Positions 28,520 to 37,794 are shown, counted from the stretch's first letter. The stretch: DNA of 50,954 nt from Candidatus Omnitrophota bacterium (GCA_030691625.1 JAUYDX010000034.1:1-50954); one strand, 5' to 3'. Notes: generated by a model not told the origin, from the sequence alone. Made by a program: numbers and translations.

Positions 28520-29563
28520 CTTATCTACTGAAATATCTTCCAGGCATTTTTTATTCGCGCATTCAGGCAGTTTAAATTTCCTATAGCACGGCCTGCATTC
28601 CGCATCCGAAGTTATCACTATGTTCTTTTCGCTTTTCGGATACGGGCCATATACTTTTTCGTCAACAGGGCCAAATATGGATATGGTATTTACTCCCTGA
28701 CTTACCGCGATATGAAGCGGCCCGCCTTCGCTAGTGATCACAAGCTTGCACCTTTTACATAGTTCCGCCATTTCCCTTATCTTAGTAGCCGGGGCTGTGA
28801 GCGGCTTTTTCTTCATTAGAGATGCTATTTCCCTGGCTAAATTTTCTTCGCCAGGGCCCCAGATTAAAACCACTTTCGCGTTGATCTTATCAGCTAATTC
28901 TGTAAATTTTTTAGCGCCCCACCTGCGCCTATCCTGATTCTTCTGGCCAAAGCTCATGCCGCCGCCAGGGGCAATGCCTACCAGGACATCGCTATCTTTA
29001 ACGCCTGACTGCCTTAGAAAATTGTCTATATAGGCCTTGTCTTCGCTAGTGGTTACTAAAACTGTTTTAACCGCCCCAACCTCGTAGGTTGCCTCCGGCA
29101 ACCTACGAGGTTTATCAAGAAGGTCTAAGTAATATTCGGCTACGGGCTTATTATTAAACCCGTCAAATGGAATTTTATGATTTAGAAATCTTCCGCGGCC
29201 TTTGTAATTAAACCCTCTTCTATCTTTTATGCCGATCCACCAGCATAAAAACGCGTATTCCTTGCCGAGCGATAGGTCAAAAACCGTATCGAATTTCCTC
29301 TTCCTTATCTGGCTCCAGAAAGCGAAAAACTTCTTAGCGCCAGAGATCTTTGATCTCTTCCATTCATTTCTGTACTCATCGCGCTCAAATACAAAGACCT
29401 CGCTAATGTCAGGATTTGTAACCAGGATATCTTTTACCTTTAGGTTACATATATATGCTATATAACTATTAGGATTGGCCTTTCTCAGCTCCCTTACCAG
29501 GACAGTTGAAAACAGCGCATCCCCTATGCCGAAAGGGTTTATAATCAGGATATTCTTTGTCAT
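28487..29563 (-). CDS. GT9 (ADP-heptose:LPS heptosyltransferase family)
   Basis: [27 protein letters not shown]...C...C; start chosen at MTKNIL. Confidence 0.88.
   Translation of the reverse strand: MTKNILIINPFGIGDALFSTVLVRELRKANPNSYIAYICNLKVKDILVTNPDISEVFVFERDEYRNEWKRSKISGAKKFFAFWSQIRKRKFDTVFDLSLGKEYAFLCWWIGIKDRRGFNYKGRGRFLNHKIPFDGFNNKPVAEYYLDLLDKPRRLPEATYEVGAVKTVLVTTSEDKAYIDNFLRQSGVKDSDVLVGIAPGGGMSFGQKNQDRRRWGAKKFTELADKINAKVVLIWGPGEENLAREIASLMKKKPLTAPATKIREMAELCKRCKLVITSEGGPLHIAVSQGVNTISIFGPVDEKVYGPYPKSEKNIVITSDAECRPCYRKFKLPECANKKCLEDISVDKVLDSLRSLEH
29078..29112. repeat. Family B palindrome in frame in the GT9 gene
   Basis: AACCTCGTAGGTTGCC-TCC-GGCAACCTACGAGGTT; peptide [13 protein letters not shown]. 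Confidence 0.93.
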
Positions 29564-29612
29564 TATCTTGGTGCCTGGCACCATTTAAAAAGGTGCAAGG
29601 CACCAAGATAAT
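29562..29612. repeat. Family G inverted doublet in divergent intergenic region
   Basis: ATTATCTTGGTGCCTGGCACC-N9-GGTGCAAGGCACCAAGATAAT (1 mismatch). Confidence 0.8.
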
Positions 29613-29633
29613 ATATCATAAATTCCAAAAATA

Positions 29634-29642
29634 TGGTATAAT
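29634..29642 (+). promoter_or_regulatory. Candidate extended -10 promoter (TGnTATAAT)
   Basis: TGGTATAAT ending 9 nt before ATG 29652; no Shine-Dalgarno in between. Confidence 0.55.
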
Positions 29643-29651
29643 ATTTTCACT

Positions 29652-30230
29652 ATGGAAAAGTGGTTTAAGTCTATAAATAACCTGGTTGAAGAGCTATATA
29701 GCAATAGTTTTAAAAATACAGGCGCTACAGCTATTGAAAAGACCATTATAGACCTGCTGGCGGCAAACTTCACGCTGTGGGGATACGAGGACGAGGCAAG
29801 GCGTAAAGACGTGCCTGATAAACAAATAGCGGACATTAAGAGAAAGATCGACAAAGAAAACCAGAGAAGAAATGATATCATAGATACCCTGGACGCTCTT
29901 ATCAGGGAAGATGTGGAGAAAAAACTGGGAGCAATAGACCAGGCCCTGCCTATGAACTCTGAGAACCCAGGAAGCCTGTACGACCGCCTGACAATACTGG
30001 CCCTCAGAAGCTATAACCTGAAAAAAGAAATAAACCGCAAAGACGCTGGTATAGCGCACATAGAAAGATGCTCTAAAATGCTCGAGCAGGTTGAAGAGCG
30101 CTCGAAAGACCTGCTCAAATGCCTTAAAGAATTAATGGAAGATATATATTCCGGAAGGAAAAAAATTAAATCCTACAAGCAGCACAAGATGTATAACGAC
30201 CCTGCGTTAAATCCAGCCTTACGTAAATAA
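29652..30230 (+). CDS. DUF4254-like protein
   Basis: N..LW..ED.AR, KRKID..NQRRND, SENPGS..DRL.IL.L, YKQHKMYNDP.LNP; often adjacent to GT9 genes. Confidence 0.8.
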   Translation: MEKWFKSINNLVEELYSNSFKNTGATAIEKTIIDLLAANFTLWGYEDEARRKDVPDKQIADIKRKIDKENQRRNDIIDTLDALIREDVEKKLGAIDQALPMNSENPGSLYDRLTILALRSYNLKKEINRKDAGIAHIERCSKMLEQVEERSKDLLKCLKELMEDIYSGRKKIKSYKQHKMYNDPALNPALRK

Positions 30231-30242
30231 TCGAACCACCAC

Positions 30243-30282
30243 AACCTCGTAGGTTGCGGCTTGCCGCAACCTACGAGGTTTT
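30243..30282. terminator. Family B palindrome between convergent genes; probable terminator
   Basis: AACCTCGTAGGTTGCGGC-TT-GCCGCAACCTACGAGGTT followed by a T run on +. Confidence 0.7.
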
Positions 30283-31356
30283 TTAATATTGGGTAAAAAT
30301 TTTAAGAAACTTTCTTGCGGTGTTCTCCCATGTAAATTCTTTAGCCCTTTCAAGGCCTTTTGCGATCAATCCCTGCCTGAGCGTATCGCTATTTATGATC
30401 TTTAATATAGCCTCGCCTATTTCCCTGTAATTCTCCGGGTCGATCACTAGCGCCGCGCCCCCTGCTATCTCGCCGCAGGACGAAGTCCTGGACGTGACAA
30501 CCGGCGCCCCATAGCCAAATGCCTCCACTATCGGGAATCCAAAACCTTCGTAAAAAGACGGGTAGACAAAGACCGAGGCGTTTTTATAAAGCGCGGCGAG
30601 TTCTTCGTCAGGCGCGTATCCTTTAAATATTATATCGCCCTTAAAATCAGATCTTTCATACTCCTTAAAGATATCCTCGTACATCCAGCCTTTCATGCCT
30701 GCGATGTATAATTGTAGCGGGCGGTCACTGACCGCCCCTACAAGATTTTTTTTGACGTAATTAAATGCCTTTATAAGGCCCTGGATATTTTTGCGGGGCT
30801 CCAGCGTACCTACAAAGAGTATATACTCTTCAACCTCGTAGGATGCCTTCGGCAACCTACGAGGTTGAAGCGGCGAAAGAAGTGGATTCACCCCAGGATA
30901 GATGACATGAATCTTCGACTCAGGCGCAGAGTAAAACTTCATCAAATCAGACTTTGTATTAAACGAATCAGCTATTAATAGATCTGCCTCGCCTAAAACT
31001 CTCTTAATGAGCACATCTATCTCTTTTATTGTTTTTTCGCTGTGGCCGGCCGGATACGCCTTTATGATTACATCGTGGACTGTAACAATTAATTTTTTGG
31101 CTTTTTTTGGCTTTTCCAGGTCATAGCTTGAGGTATGGAATGCGTCTATTTCAGGTAAATTTCTTACATGCCTATAGTTTTTCGCGGGGAAATCCGGCAG
31201 GCGCCTTTTGAAATCAAAAAGCCTTTTTCTATTGTAAAAATAATAACTATTATCCCGGTCTATCTCCAAGAGCGATTTTACAAGATTAATAGTGTATCTG
31301 CCTATGCCGGTGTTTGTTTTTTTAAGGGTTGAACGGATGTCTATGCCTATTCGCAT
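30283..31356 (-). CDS. GT4 glycosyltransferase
   Basis: TGIGRY, TVHD, VGTLEPRKN, YPSFYEGFGFPIVEA. Confidence 0.92.
   Translation of the reverse strand: MRIGIDIRSTLKKTNTGIGRYTINLVKSLLEIDRDNSYYFYNRKRLFDFKRRLPDFPAKNYRHVRNLPEIDAFHTSSYDLEKPKKAKKLIVTVHDVIIKAYPAGHSEKTIKEIDVLIKRVLGEADLLIADSFNTKSDLMKFYSAPESKIHVIYPGVNPLLSPLQPRRLPKASYEVEEYILFVGTLEPRKNIQGLIKAFNYVKKNLVGAVSDRPLQLYIAGMKGWMYEDIFKEYERSDFKGDIIFKGYAPDEELAALYKNASVFVYPSFYEGFGFPIVEAFGYGAPVVTSRTSSCGEIAGGAALVIDPENYREIGEAILKIINSDTLRQGLIAKGLERAKEFTWENTARKFLKIFTQY
30712..30743. repeat. Family F, GTAG-type REP-like palindrome in frame in the GT4 gene
   Basis: Minus strand TTGTAGGGGCGGTCAGTGACCGCCCGCTACAA; peptide LVGAVSDRPLQ. Confidence 0.75.
30828..30870. 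repeat. Family B palindrome in frame in the GT4 gene
   Basis: CTTCAACCTCGTAGGATGCC-TTC-GGCAACCTACGAGGTTGAAG; peptide LQPRRLPKASYEVEE. Confidence 0.92.
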
Positions 31357-31904
31357 AGTATAGTATCGAGGACGCAGTGGCAGATGGCGCCGTGGATAAT
31401 TTCCACAAAACCATATGAATCAGACGGGACAAAAAAATTCAGGCTTCCCATTTTTCTCAAAAGATTATCCTTAGTGAAACCTGACATTGTTATAACCTGG
31501 ATCTTCTTTGCCAGGGCCGCTTTTACGCCTTTAATTATATTTTCAGATTTGCCGGAACTGGATATGGCTACCAGGACATCTCCCTCTTCCCCGAAAAATT
31601 CTATGGGCTTTTCAAAAACGTATTCATATCCGTAGTCATTGGCGAGGCAGGTCAGCTGGGCAGGATCATTGAAGCTGACTGCCTTCATCCGGCCGTTTTT
31701 CCAGAAGTCTATCGCCATGTGGCTCGCGATGCTCGCGCTGCCGCCGTTTCCTATAAATATAATCTTCTTCCCGCTTTTACTCGCCTTTTTCACCGCGGAT
31801 ATAGACAGGTTAAAGGCGGTTTTAATATCGATATTTTTCCCGTCCTGGCCTTGCGCCTGTATCCCGTCACAAAGCTTGCTTAAATCCTCGAAATATTTGA
31901 ACAC
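31347..31904 (-). CDS. gmhA: Phosphoheptose isomerase (SIS domain)
   Basis: GNGGSA..ASH, ANDYG, ISSSGKSENI; start reassigned to GTG 31904 behind GAGGAGGT. Confidence 0.85.
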   Translation of the reverse strand: MFKYFEDLSKLCDGIQAQGQDGKNIDIKTAFNLSISAVKKASKSGKKIIFIGNGGSASIASHMAIDFWKNGRMKAVSFNDPAQLTCLANDYGYEYVFEKPIEFFGEEGDVLVAISSSGKSENIIKGVKAALAKKIQVITMSGFTKDNLLRKMGSLNFFVPSDSYGFVEIIHGAICHCVLDTILCE

Positions 31905-31917
31905 GCGTAACCTCCTC

Positions 31918-31955
31918 AACCTCGTAGGTTGCGGCAAGCCGCAACCTACGAGGTT
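31918..31955. repeat. Family B palindrome (intergenic)
   Basis: AACCTCGTAGGTTGCGGC-AA-GCCGCAACCTACGAGGTT. Confidence 0.93.
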
Positions 31956-31963
31956 ATATATTA

Positions 31964-33481
31964 TTATTTTAACAAGGTAGTTATAAATTTATAAAGCGGC
32001 GCGGGTTCCACTGAGGAACGGTTGCCCACTATTAAAACCTTTAACGCGCCAACGGCATTGCCGATAAACCCTATGGCGTCCATAGGATAACCTCTGGCAG
32101 CGCACGGGGCTGTGATGGATAAAAACGCGTCTCCCGCGCCCATCCTGTCTATGATCTCTTTTGAAAAAACAGGGGTGGCTGAAAAACCCTCTTTGGGGCT
32201 GTAACCTATTGAGCCTTTATGGCCCAGGGTAACTATGACCTTTTTATACTTCACGCTTTTCGCTATTTTAGTTATCAGGCCTTCCACATTATCAAATTTA
32301 GCGCGCATCGCGAGGCGCAATTCAGGCTCGTCAATGCACATATAATCCGCTCGGGGGTATTTGGTTATCAGGTTAAAGCCGGCATTCGCGCTATTGGTCT
32401 GGGCGTTTACAACGAGGAAACCCGCCTTATCAGCCAGAAATTCCACTGTGTTTTTCTCAATAAAACCATGCCCGAAATCCCCGACCAGCACCATGTCATA
32501 TTTTTTTATCATGCCTTTCAAATACAGGTGCAGGCTCTTTTCCAATTTCTCAGGCAATGGCCTGTCATTCAAAAAGCAGACCTCGAAAAGTTTGGATAAA
32601 AACGCGTGCTCTATGAACCTGCGCTTTACAGTGGTCGGCGCGTCATCGCGGAAGATAAACTTTGTCTTTACATTAGGCTTGAGATGTTTTTTTATAAAAC
32701 CCTCGTAGCTATTCTGGCTGCCGAGGCATGTCACGAGATGCACCTCTTTACAGAAACCGGCTATGTGGTTGGCGGCCGCGAGCACGCCTCCGGCAAACGT
32801 CTCTTCGCGCAGATATCTCGTGGGTATTATATTTTCCTTGGAGGATTTGCCCATCGCGCTGCAATAATGGTATTCATCTATAATAGTGTCGCCTATAACC
32901 AGAACCTTCATCTTAGAAAGATCTTTCAGGTATTTAATAATCTGATCGGCTGTGTATTTCTCCCTGAAATCCTTCAAATACCCCTCTGTCTCTTCGGGGT
33001 AGACGCTAAAATGCATATTGAGGAGTTTTGTGGAGCTAAACGTGATGTCGTCAGTAAAATGTATCCTGCCGCCTATTGAGCGAACCGCGTCTTCCTCGTT
33101 TTTTATCTCGCCTGTCAGGTCCTTGTCAGGGTCGCTGTAATCGCTGCCTTTGACATATATATCAGGCCTTAATTTTTTTATGGTGTTGGTGGCTGTAGGC
33201 CATTCATTTATGGCGACAAAATCCACGCTCTCCAGCGCGGCAATGGATTCAGCCCTGAGGCGCTGGTTAAAAACAGGCCTGCCAGGGCCTTTATTGACGA
33301 ATTTATCCTTAGTCAATGTTACGATCAATATATCGCCTTCTTTTCTGGCAGCCTCGAAATGCCTGATGTGGCCGGGATGCAAAAGGTCGAATACGCCATG
33401 GCACTGCACTATTTTCTTGCCCCTCTTTTTCAGGTCCTGAATTATTACAGCTAATTCATCCAATGTTTTAATTTTATTCAT
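31964..33481 (-). CDS. Nucleotidyltransferase + PfkB kinase fusion (HldE/RfaE-like, reversed domain order)
   Basis: N-terminal GVFDLLHPGH, KGPGRP, YVKGSDY; C-terminal IGD.IIDEY, DFGHG, DRMGAGDAF. Confidence 0.87.
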   Translation of the reverse strand: MNKIKTLDELAVIIQDLKKRGKKIVQCHGVFDLLHPGHIRHFEAARKEGDILIVTLTKDKFVNKGPGRPVFNQRLRAESIAALESVDFVAINEWPTATNTIKKLRPDIYVKGSDYSDPDKDLTGEIKNEEDAVRSIGGRIHFTDDITFSSTKLLNMHFSVYPEETEGYLKDFREKYTADQIIKYLKDLSKMKVLVIGDTIIDEYHYCSAMGKSSKENIIPTRYLREETFAGGVLAAANHIAGFCKEVHLVTCLGSQNSYEGFIKKHLKPNVKTKFIFRDDAPTTVKRRFIEHAFLSKLFEVCFLNDRPLPEKLEKSLHLYLKGMIKKYDMVLVGDFGHGFIEKNTVEFLADKAGFLVVNAQTNSANAGFNLITKYPRADYMCIDEPELRLAMRAKFDNVEGLITKIAKSVKYKKVIVTLGHKGSIGYSPKEGFSATPVFSKEIIDRMGAGDAFLSITAPCAARGYPMDAIGFIGNAVGALKVLIVGNRSSVEPAPLYKFITTLLK

Positions 33482-33501
33482 TTATCTTGCTCCTATTTTA
33501 T

Positions 33502-33623
33502 CTTCTCGACTCCGCTCCCGTGATAAGCTCTCATGACCGCTCGAAGAATATCCCTCGACAAGCTCGGGACATGTTAGTGTTCGAGCGGACTTATTGGCTA
33601 TACACGCAAGCCCAGTCGAGAAC
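33502..33623. repeat. Family A doublet (reverse 33502-33546, forward 33579-33623) with nested TCCCTCGACAAGCTCGGGA element
   Basis: Last base of the forward unit is the G of the TAG stop of the 33623 gene. Confidence 0.92.
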
Positions 33624-34618
33624 TACTTCGATAAATATTTGAACCATTCTTTTGTGGCGTCTTTGATTTTTTCAGGCGTCCACACAGGCGCCTCACGCCA
33701 GTAATCTATATTCTCCAGCAAAATCTTCACGCCTTTTTCCAGGCCCACCTCAGGTTTCCATCCCAAAAGCCTTTTAATCTTTGATATATCCGCGAATGTG
33801 GAATCAGGTTCCCCCGGCCTTTTAGGTATATAGACTTTTTCGCCGCCTAAAAGTTCCACCAATTTATTCACGCTATAGGTATTGCCGCTTCCCACGTTGA
33901 AAATCTCCCCGGTCAAATCAGATTCAGCGGCAGCTAAAAAAGCGCTTGCCACGTCAGTGACAAATGTAAAGTCCCTGGTCTGGTTGCCGTCGCCCACCAC
34001 TGTAAAAGGCTTTCCAGCTAATTTCTGCGCCAGGAATACTCCGAATACAGCGCCGTACGTGCCTGATGTCCTTGATCGCGGGCCATAGACATTGAAAAGC
34101 CTTAGCGATACAACAGGCAGTTTATAAATCTTTGCCCAGTTCATCGCGTAACATTCTCCCAGATATTTTGTAAGCGCGTAAGGATATTCCGGCTTAATAT
34201 CTGCGGATTCAGGCGTAGGCACAGTATCAGGCAAACCGTAACAGGACGAGGACGCGGTATAAATAAACCTTTTAACCCCTGCGAGTTTCGCAGCCTCAAG
34301 CGCGCTGAATGTCCCGTCCACATTTGAACGATGATATTCAGCCGGATTTGTAATTGACGGCACTATATCCGCCAGAGCTGCCAGGTGAAACACCCAGTCA
34401 ATGCCTTTAAAATATTCCTTTATGGCGTTAAAGTCGCTTACATCAGCCTCTTTTACTGAAAGATTTTTGTTGCCTTTTAAATGGCCGAGGTTCTGGGGCC
34501 TGCCTGTGGAAAAATTATCCAGGACAATAACCTTGTGGCCAGCCTCAAGAAGCTTATCTACAATATGACTTCCTATAAACCCTGCCCCGCCGGTAACTAA
34601 TGTATTAAGCTTTGCCAT
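33623..34618 (-). CDS. NAD-dependent epimerase/dehydratase
   Basis: TGGAGFIGSH, ADIVPSI, YPYALTK, FNVYGPR. Confidence 0.92.
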   Translation of the reverse strand: MAKLNTLVTGGAGFIGSHIVDKLLEAGHKVIVLDNFSTGRPQNLGHLKGNKNLSVKEADVSDFNAIKEYFKGIDWVFHLAALADIVPSITNPAEYHRSNVDGTFSALEAAKLAGVKRFIYTASSSCYGLPDTVPTPESADIKPEYPYALTKYLGECYAMNWAKIYKLPVVSLRLFNVYGPRSRTSGTYGAVFGVFLAQKLAGKPFTVVGDGNQTRDFTFVTDVASAFLAAAESDLTGEIFNVGSGNTYSVNKLVELLGGEKVYIPKRPGEPDSTFADISKIKRLLGWKPEVGLEKGVKILLENIDYWREAPVWTPEKIKDATKEWFKYLSK

Positions 34619-34635
34619 ATTGTTTTAACCACCCC

Positions 34636-34670
34636 AACCTCGTAGGTTGCCAAAGGCAACCTACGAGGTT
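34636..34670. repeat. Family B palindrome (intergenic)
   Basis: AACCTCGTAGGTTGCC-AAA-GGCAACCTACGAGGTT. Confidence 0.93.
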
Positions 34671-34680
34671 TTTCTGCGCC

Positions 34681-34725
34681 AAACAACTTGACACTACAAA
34701 CATTGTCACAAGTGTAAAGTTGTTT
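34681..34725. repeat. Family C, short form
   Basis: AAACAACTTGACACTACAAACATTGTCACAAGTGTAAAGTTGTTT. Confidence 0.9.
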
Positions 34726-34736
34726 GGGGGACGGCG

Positions 34737-36521
34737 CTATAATTCGCCGGATAAGATGTCCGAGATCTTTTTGTACTTTACGTCAAGGCTGTTGCAGACA
34801 GCTATGATATCCTCTATCACGTGCTTTGACGCCTTTGGCATCGCGATTATGACCTCGTTGATCTCTTTGGTCTTAACCAGCCTCTCTATGTCGCCTCGCG
34901 CGCCCATAACAGGCACCCCGTGTATGCGCTTGCCGAGCTTTTCCTCGTCGTCATCCAGAAACCCTATAGGCTCATAATGCAGGACCTTGTTATTTCTTAT
35001 CTCGCGCAGGGTAAACTCCCCCGCGTCTCCGGCCCCGTATATGAGCACCTTTTTGCCTGAAAGGCTTGCCTGGTCGAATATCTCTTTATACACCCTCTCA
35101 AGCACCCTGGACCCTGAAACAATAATAAATAATAAAAGCCAGTCAATGATAAAAACTGTCCTTGAAAAACCCTGGAACCGCCATATGAAAAGTATTATTG
35201 CCACTGAGGCGATTGAGGCCACGCTGACTGCCTTGAAGATATTGACAAGGTCCATCACGCTCACGTACCTCCACATGCCTCTGTAAATCCCGAACCTGAA
35301 GAACACAATGTATTTCACGATTAATATGATCGGCAGGGATTTTATTATCACATTCTGGCTGTCAATGGATAAAATCCCCTCGTATCTTAAAAGATTCGCA
35401 GATATATACGCCAGGCATATCAGGACAAAATCCACGCCTACCTCTAAGATCCTTCTTTTATGCAGATACACGTTATTCAGCACCACATTCCCGTTTTTCT
35501 TTTTAAGGCCGTTCAGGTCCTTTTCAGCATAGACCCTGACCTTGCCTAAAAATACGCCGAAATAAAGAAGCGTGATGGCTGCCAGTATTATGAGTATGGC
35601 TGTCACCATCGGCTTTACGAACATTGAGAGTATGCTGATGCCGCCGAAAAGGCCGCTTACCAGATAAAGCGCCAGAACAGCTTTTTTTTCAGAAAGGCCC
35701 AGTACCACCATCCTGTGAGAGATATGGTCTTTGCCGCCCTGAAAAATCTTCCTGGAATTAGCGCCTCTCATAAGGGCCACGAACACAGTGTCAAATATAG
35801 GCACTGCCAGGACCAGTATGGGTATAAAAAGCACCATTACTAGATGCGTAGGCTCTTTCCATGTGCCCTGCAGTGTTATAGCGCCAAGCATAAAACCTAT
35901 AAACATGCTTCCGGAGTCTCCCATAAAAATCTGGGCCGGGTTAAAATTATATTTTAGAAATCCAAGGAGGCTTCCAGCCAGGATCAATGCAGGCAGGCAC
36001 ACCTCGTAATTCCCGTTTAAAAATGAGAACGCGAATAGCGCCAGGCCCACTATGGCGCCTATGCCGCATGACAGGCCGTCCATATTGTCCAAGAGGTTAA
36101 AAGAGTTTACTATCGCCACTATCCAGAATATGGTTAAAGGCATGCTTATAAGCGGATAAGGTATCGCGTTTATCCTGACCCCGAAATTCAATAAAAGCGC
36201 TGCCACCACTATCTGACCGAGAAGTTTAGTGTACGGCTTTATGTGGATTATGTCATCGAATATGCCCACCCCGAATATGAAACACCCCGCTAGCAGGATG
36301 CCGAGGTTCGTCATGCTGAATTTGACAAATATGGCGTAGGGAATGATGAAACTTATGAAGATCGCTATACCGCCGAAAAGGGCTGTGGGATTTTTATTCC
36401 ACCTGTCCTCGCGCGGTATCGCTATGTAGCCGTTCATTACAGCTATCCTTTTTACGATAGGCGTGATAAGCATGGACAAGCTGAAAGATAATAAGAATGG
36501 GATAAGGTAGGACTTAAGCAT
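34737..36521 (-). CDS. WecA/MraY-family phosphoglycosyltransferase fused to CapD-like N-terminal (TM + Rossmann) region
   Basis: GIFDD, NSFNLLDNMDGL, FMGDSGS, DHISHR; then YRGMWRY, GAGDAG, GFLDDD..K.G..IHGVPV. Confidence 0.85.
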   Translation of the reverse strand: MLKSYLIPFLLSFSLSMLITPIVKRIAVMNGYIAIPREDRWNKNPTALFGGIAIFISFIIPYAIFVKFSMTNLGILLAGCFIFGVGIFDDIIHIKPYTKLLGQIVVAALLLNFGVRINAIPYPLISMPLTIFWIVAIVNSFNLLDNMDGLSCGIGAIVGLALFAFSFLNGNYEVCLPALILAGSLLGFLKYNFNPAQIFMGDSGSMFIGFMLGAITLQGTWKEPTHLVMVLFIPILVLAVPIFDTVFVALMRGANSRKIFQGGKDHISHRMVVLGLSEKKAVLALYLVSGLFGGISILSMFVKPMVTAILIILAAITLLYFGVFLGKVRVYAEKDLNGLKKKNGNVVLNNVYLHKRRILEVGVDFVLICLAYISANLLRYEGILSIDSQNVIIKSLPIILIVKYIVFFRFGIYRGMWRYVSVMDLVNIFKAVSVASIASVAIILFIWRFQGFSRTVFIIDWLLLFIIVSGSRVLERVYKEIFDQASLSGKKVLIYGAGDAGEFTLREIRNNKVLHYEPIGFLDDDEEKLGKRIHGVPVMGARGDIERLVKTKEINEVIIAMPKASKHVIEDIIAVCNSLDVKYKKISDILSGEL

Positions 36522-36523
36522 AA

Positions 36524-37483
36524 TTACTTTCTGTAATACTCTACCACGCTTTTTATGATGCCGTCTAAATCTATGGTGGGTTTAAAGCCGGTAAAATTTT
36601 TTACCTTTGTGGTGTCAGGCACGCGGCGCTGCATGTCCTCAAAACCCTCTTCGTATGCCTTTTCGTAAGGGATATAGACTATCTTGGACTTGCTCTTTGT
36701 AAAACTGATCACTTTCTTGGCCAGGTCTTCTATGGTGATTTCCTCCTGACTGCCGATATTGAAGACATTGCCCACAGCGTCTTTATTGGCCATTAATTTG
36801 ATCAAAGTCCCCACCACGTCCTTTACATGCAAAAAGCACCTGGACTGCTTGCCTGTGCCATATACGGTAATATCCTCATTTTTAATGGCTTGGTTCACAA
36901 ATCTGGGTATAACCATGCCGTAAGCGCCTGTCTGGCGGGGGCCGACTGTATTAAAGAGCCGGACTATAATGGTCGGCACCTTTTTTTCTTTCCAGTATAT
37001 ATAAGCCAGCATCTCGTCCACTGCCTTGGCAGTGGAATATCCCCATCTCACTTTTAGAGGCGAGCCAAGGATCCTGTCGTCGTCTTCTTTCAGCGGGCCG
37101 TTCTTATTTTTGCCATATATCTCGGATGTAGATGTGATAAGGATCTTTTTGCGGTAACGGTGCGCCATATCAAGCACGATCTCGCTTCCCTTGATATTGG
37201 TAACCAGGGATTCCAGCGGCTTTTTCACCACGAGCTCCACGCCCACCGCTGCTGCCAGGTGAAAAATCACGTCGCATCTTTCCACCAGTTTATCCACCAG
37301 CATCTCGTTCAGGATAGTGCCTTCAATAAACTGAAATGATTTATTTTTTTCCAGATGGGCAATATTCTCAAACCTGCCTGTGGAAAGATCATCCAGGACA
37401 GTTACCTCGTTCCCAGCCGCCAACAATTCATCGCTTAAATGCGACCCTATAAACCCTGCCCCGCCCGTAATGAGTACCTTCAT
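36524..37483 (-). CDS. NAD-dependent epimerase/dehydratase
   Basis: TGGAGFIGSH, HLAAAVGV, STSEIYGK, RWGYSTAK, FNTVGPRQ. Confidence 0.92.
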   Translation of the reverse strand: MKVLITGGAGFIGSHLSDELLAAGNEVTVLDDLSTGRFENIAHLEKNKSFQFIEGTILNEMLVDKLVERCDVIFHLAAAVGVELVVKKPLESLVTNIKGSEIVLDMAHRYRKKILITSTSEIYGKNKNGPLKEDDDRILGSPLKVRWGYSTAKAVDEMLAYIYWKEKKVPTIIVRLFNTVGPRQTGAYGMVIPRFVNQAIKNEDITVYGTGKQSRCFLHVKDVVGTLIKLMANKDAVGNVFNIGSQEEITIEDLAKKVISFTKSKSKIVYIPYEKAYEEGFEDMQRRVPDTTKVKNFTGFKPTIDLDGIIKSVVEYYRK

Positions 37484-37794
37484 AATTCCAATCTCCTTAT
37501 CCTTGTTTCGTGATCATCCACCCTGTGGCTGGTATCAAACAAACCAGTCTTCATGGCGCTAAATTCCAGGTCAAGCCTGTCAAATCTCAAATCAACTTTA
37601 TCAAACCTTCTGTCAATTTCTTCAAACCTACCATCATGTTCCTCAAGCTTTCTGACTATACTTCCATACTGCTCAGCCACTATCCTGATTTCTGAACGTA
37701 AACCCTCCACCAAGACACCCACGTGTCTTCCTAGCTCTTCAAAGCTATCTTTCAATTCCGCTATTTCGCCTTTTTCTTTTCTGTTCATCGCCAT
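37480..37794 (-). CDS. Small coiled-coil hypothetical protein
   Basis: Heptads DGRFEEI-DRRFDKV-DLRFDRL; AAGGAGG before ATG 37794; stop overlaps next start. Confidence 0.7.
   Translation of the reverse strand: MAMNRKEKGEIAELKDSFEELGRHVGVLVEGLRSEIRIVAEQYGSIVRKLEEHDGRFEEIDRRFDKVDLRFDRLDLEFSAMKTGLFDTSHRVDDHETRIRRLEL

Noticed and set aside
30081-30108. CTCGAGC...CGCTCGAA inside the DUF4254-like gene as a family A unit
   Set aside because: Lacks the AGTCGAGAA box and the 25-nt spacing; probably chance.
7792-31937. ORF-track N-terminal extensions of the 5971, 19831, 26144, 28487 and 31347 genes
   Set aside because: Their starts fall inside repeats A, C, G or B; downstream starts fit family N-termini or Shine-Dalgarno sites better.
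37560-37645. 21-bp periodicity as a DNA tandem repeat
   Set aside because: Explained by the coiled-coil heptad of the encoded protein; DNA identity is low.
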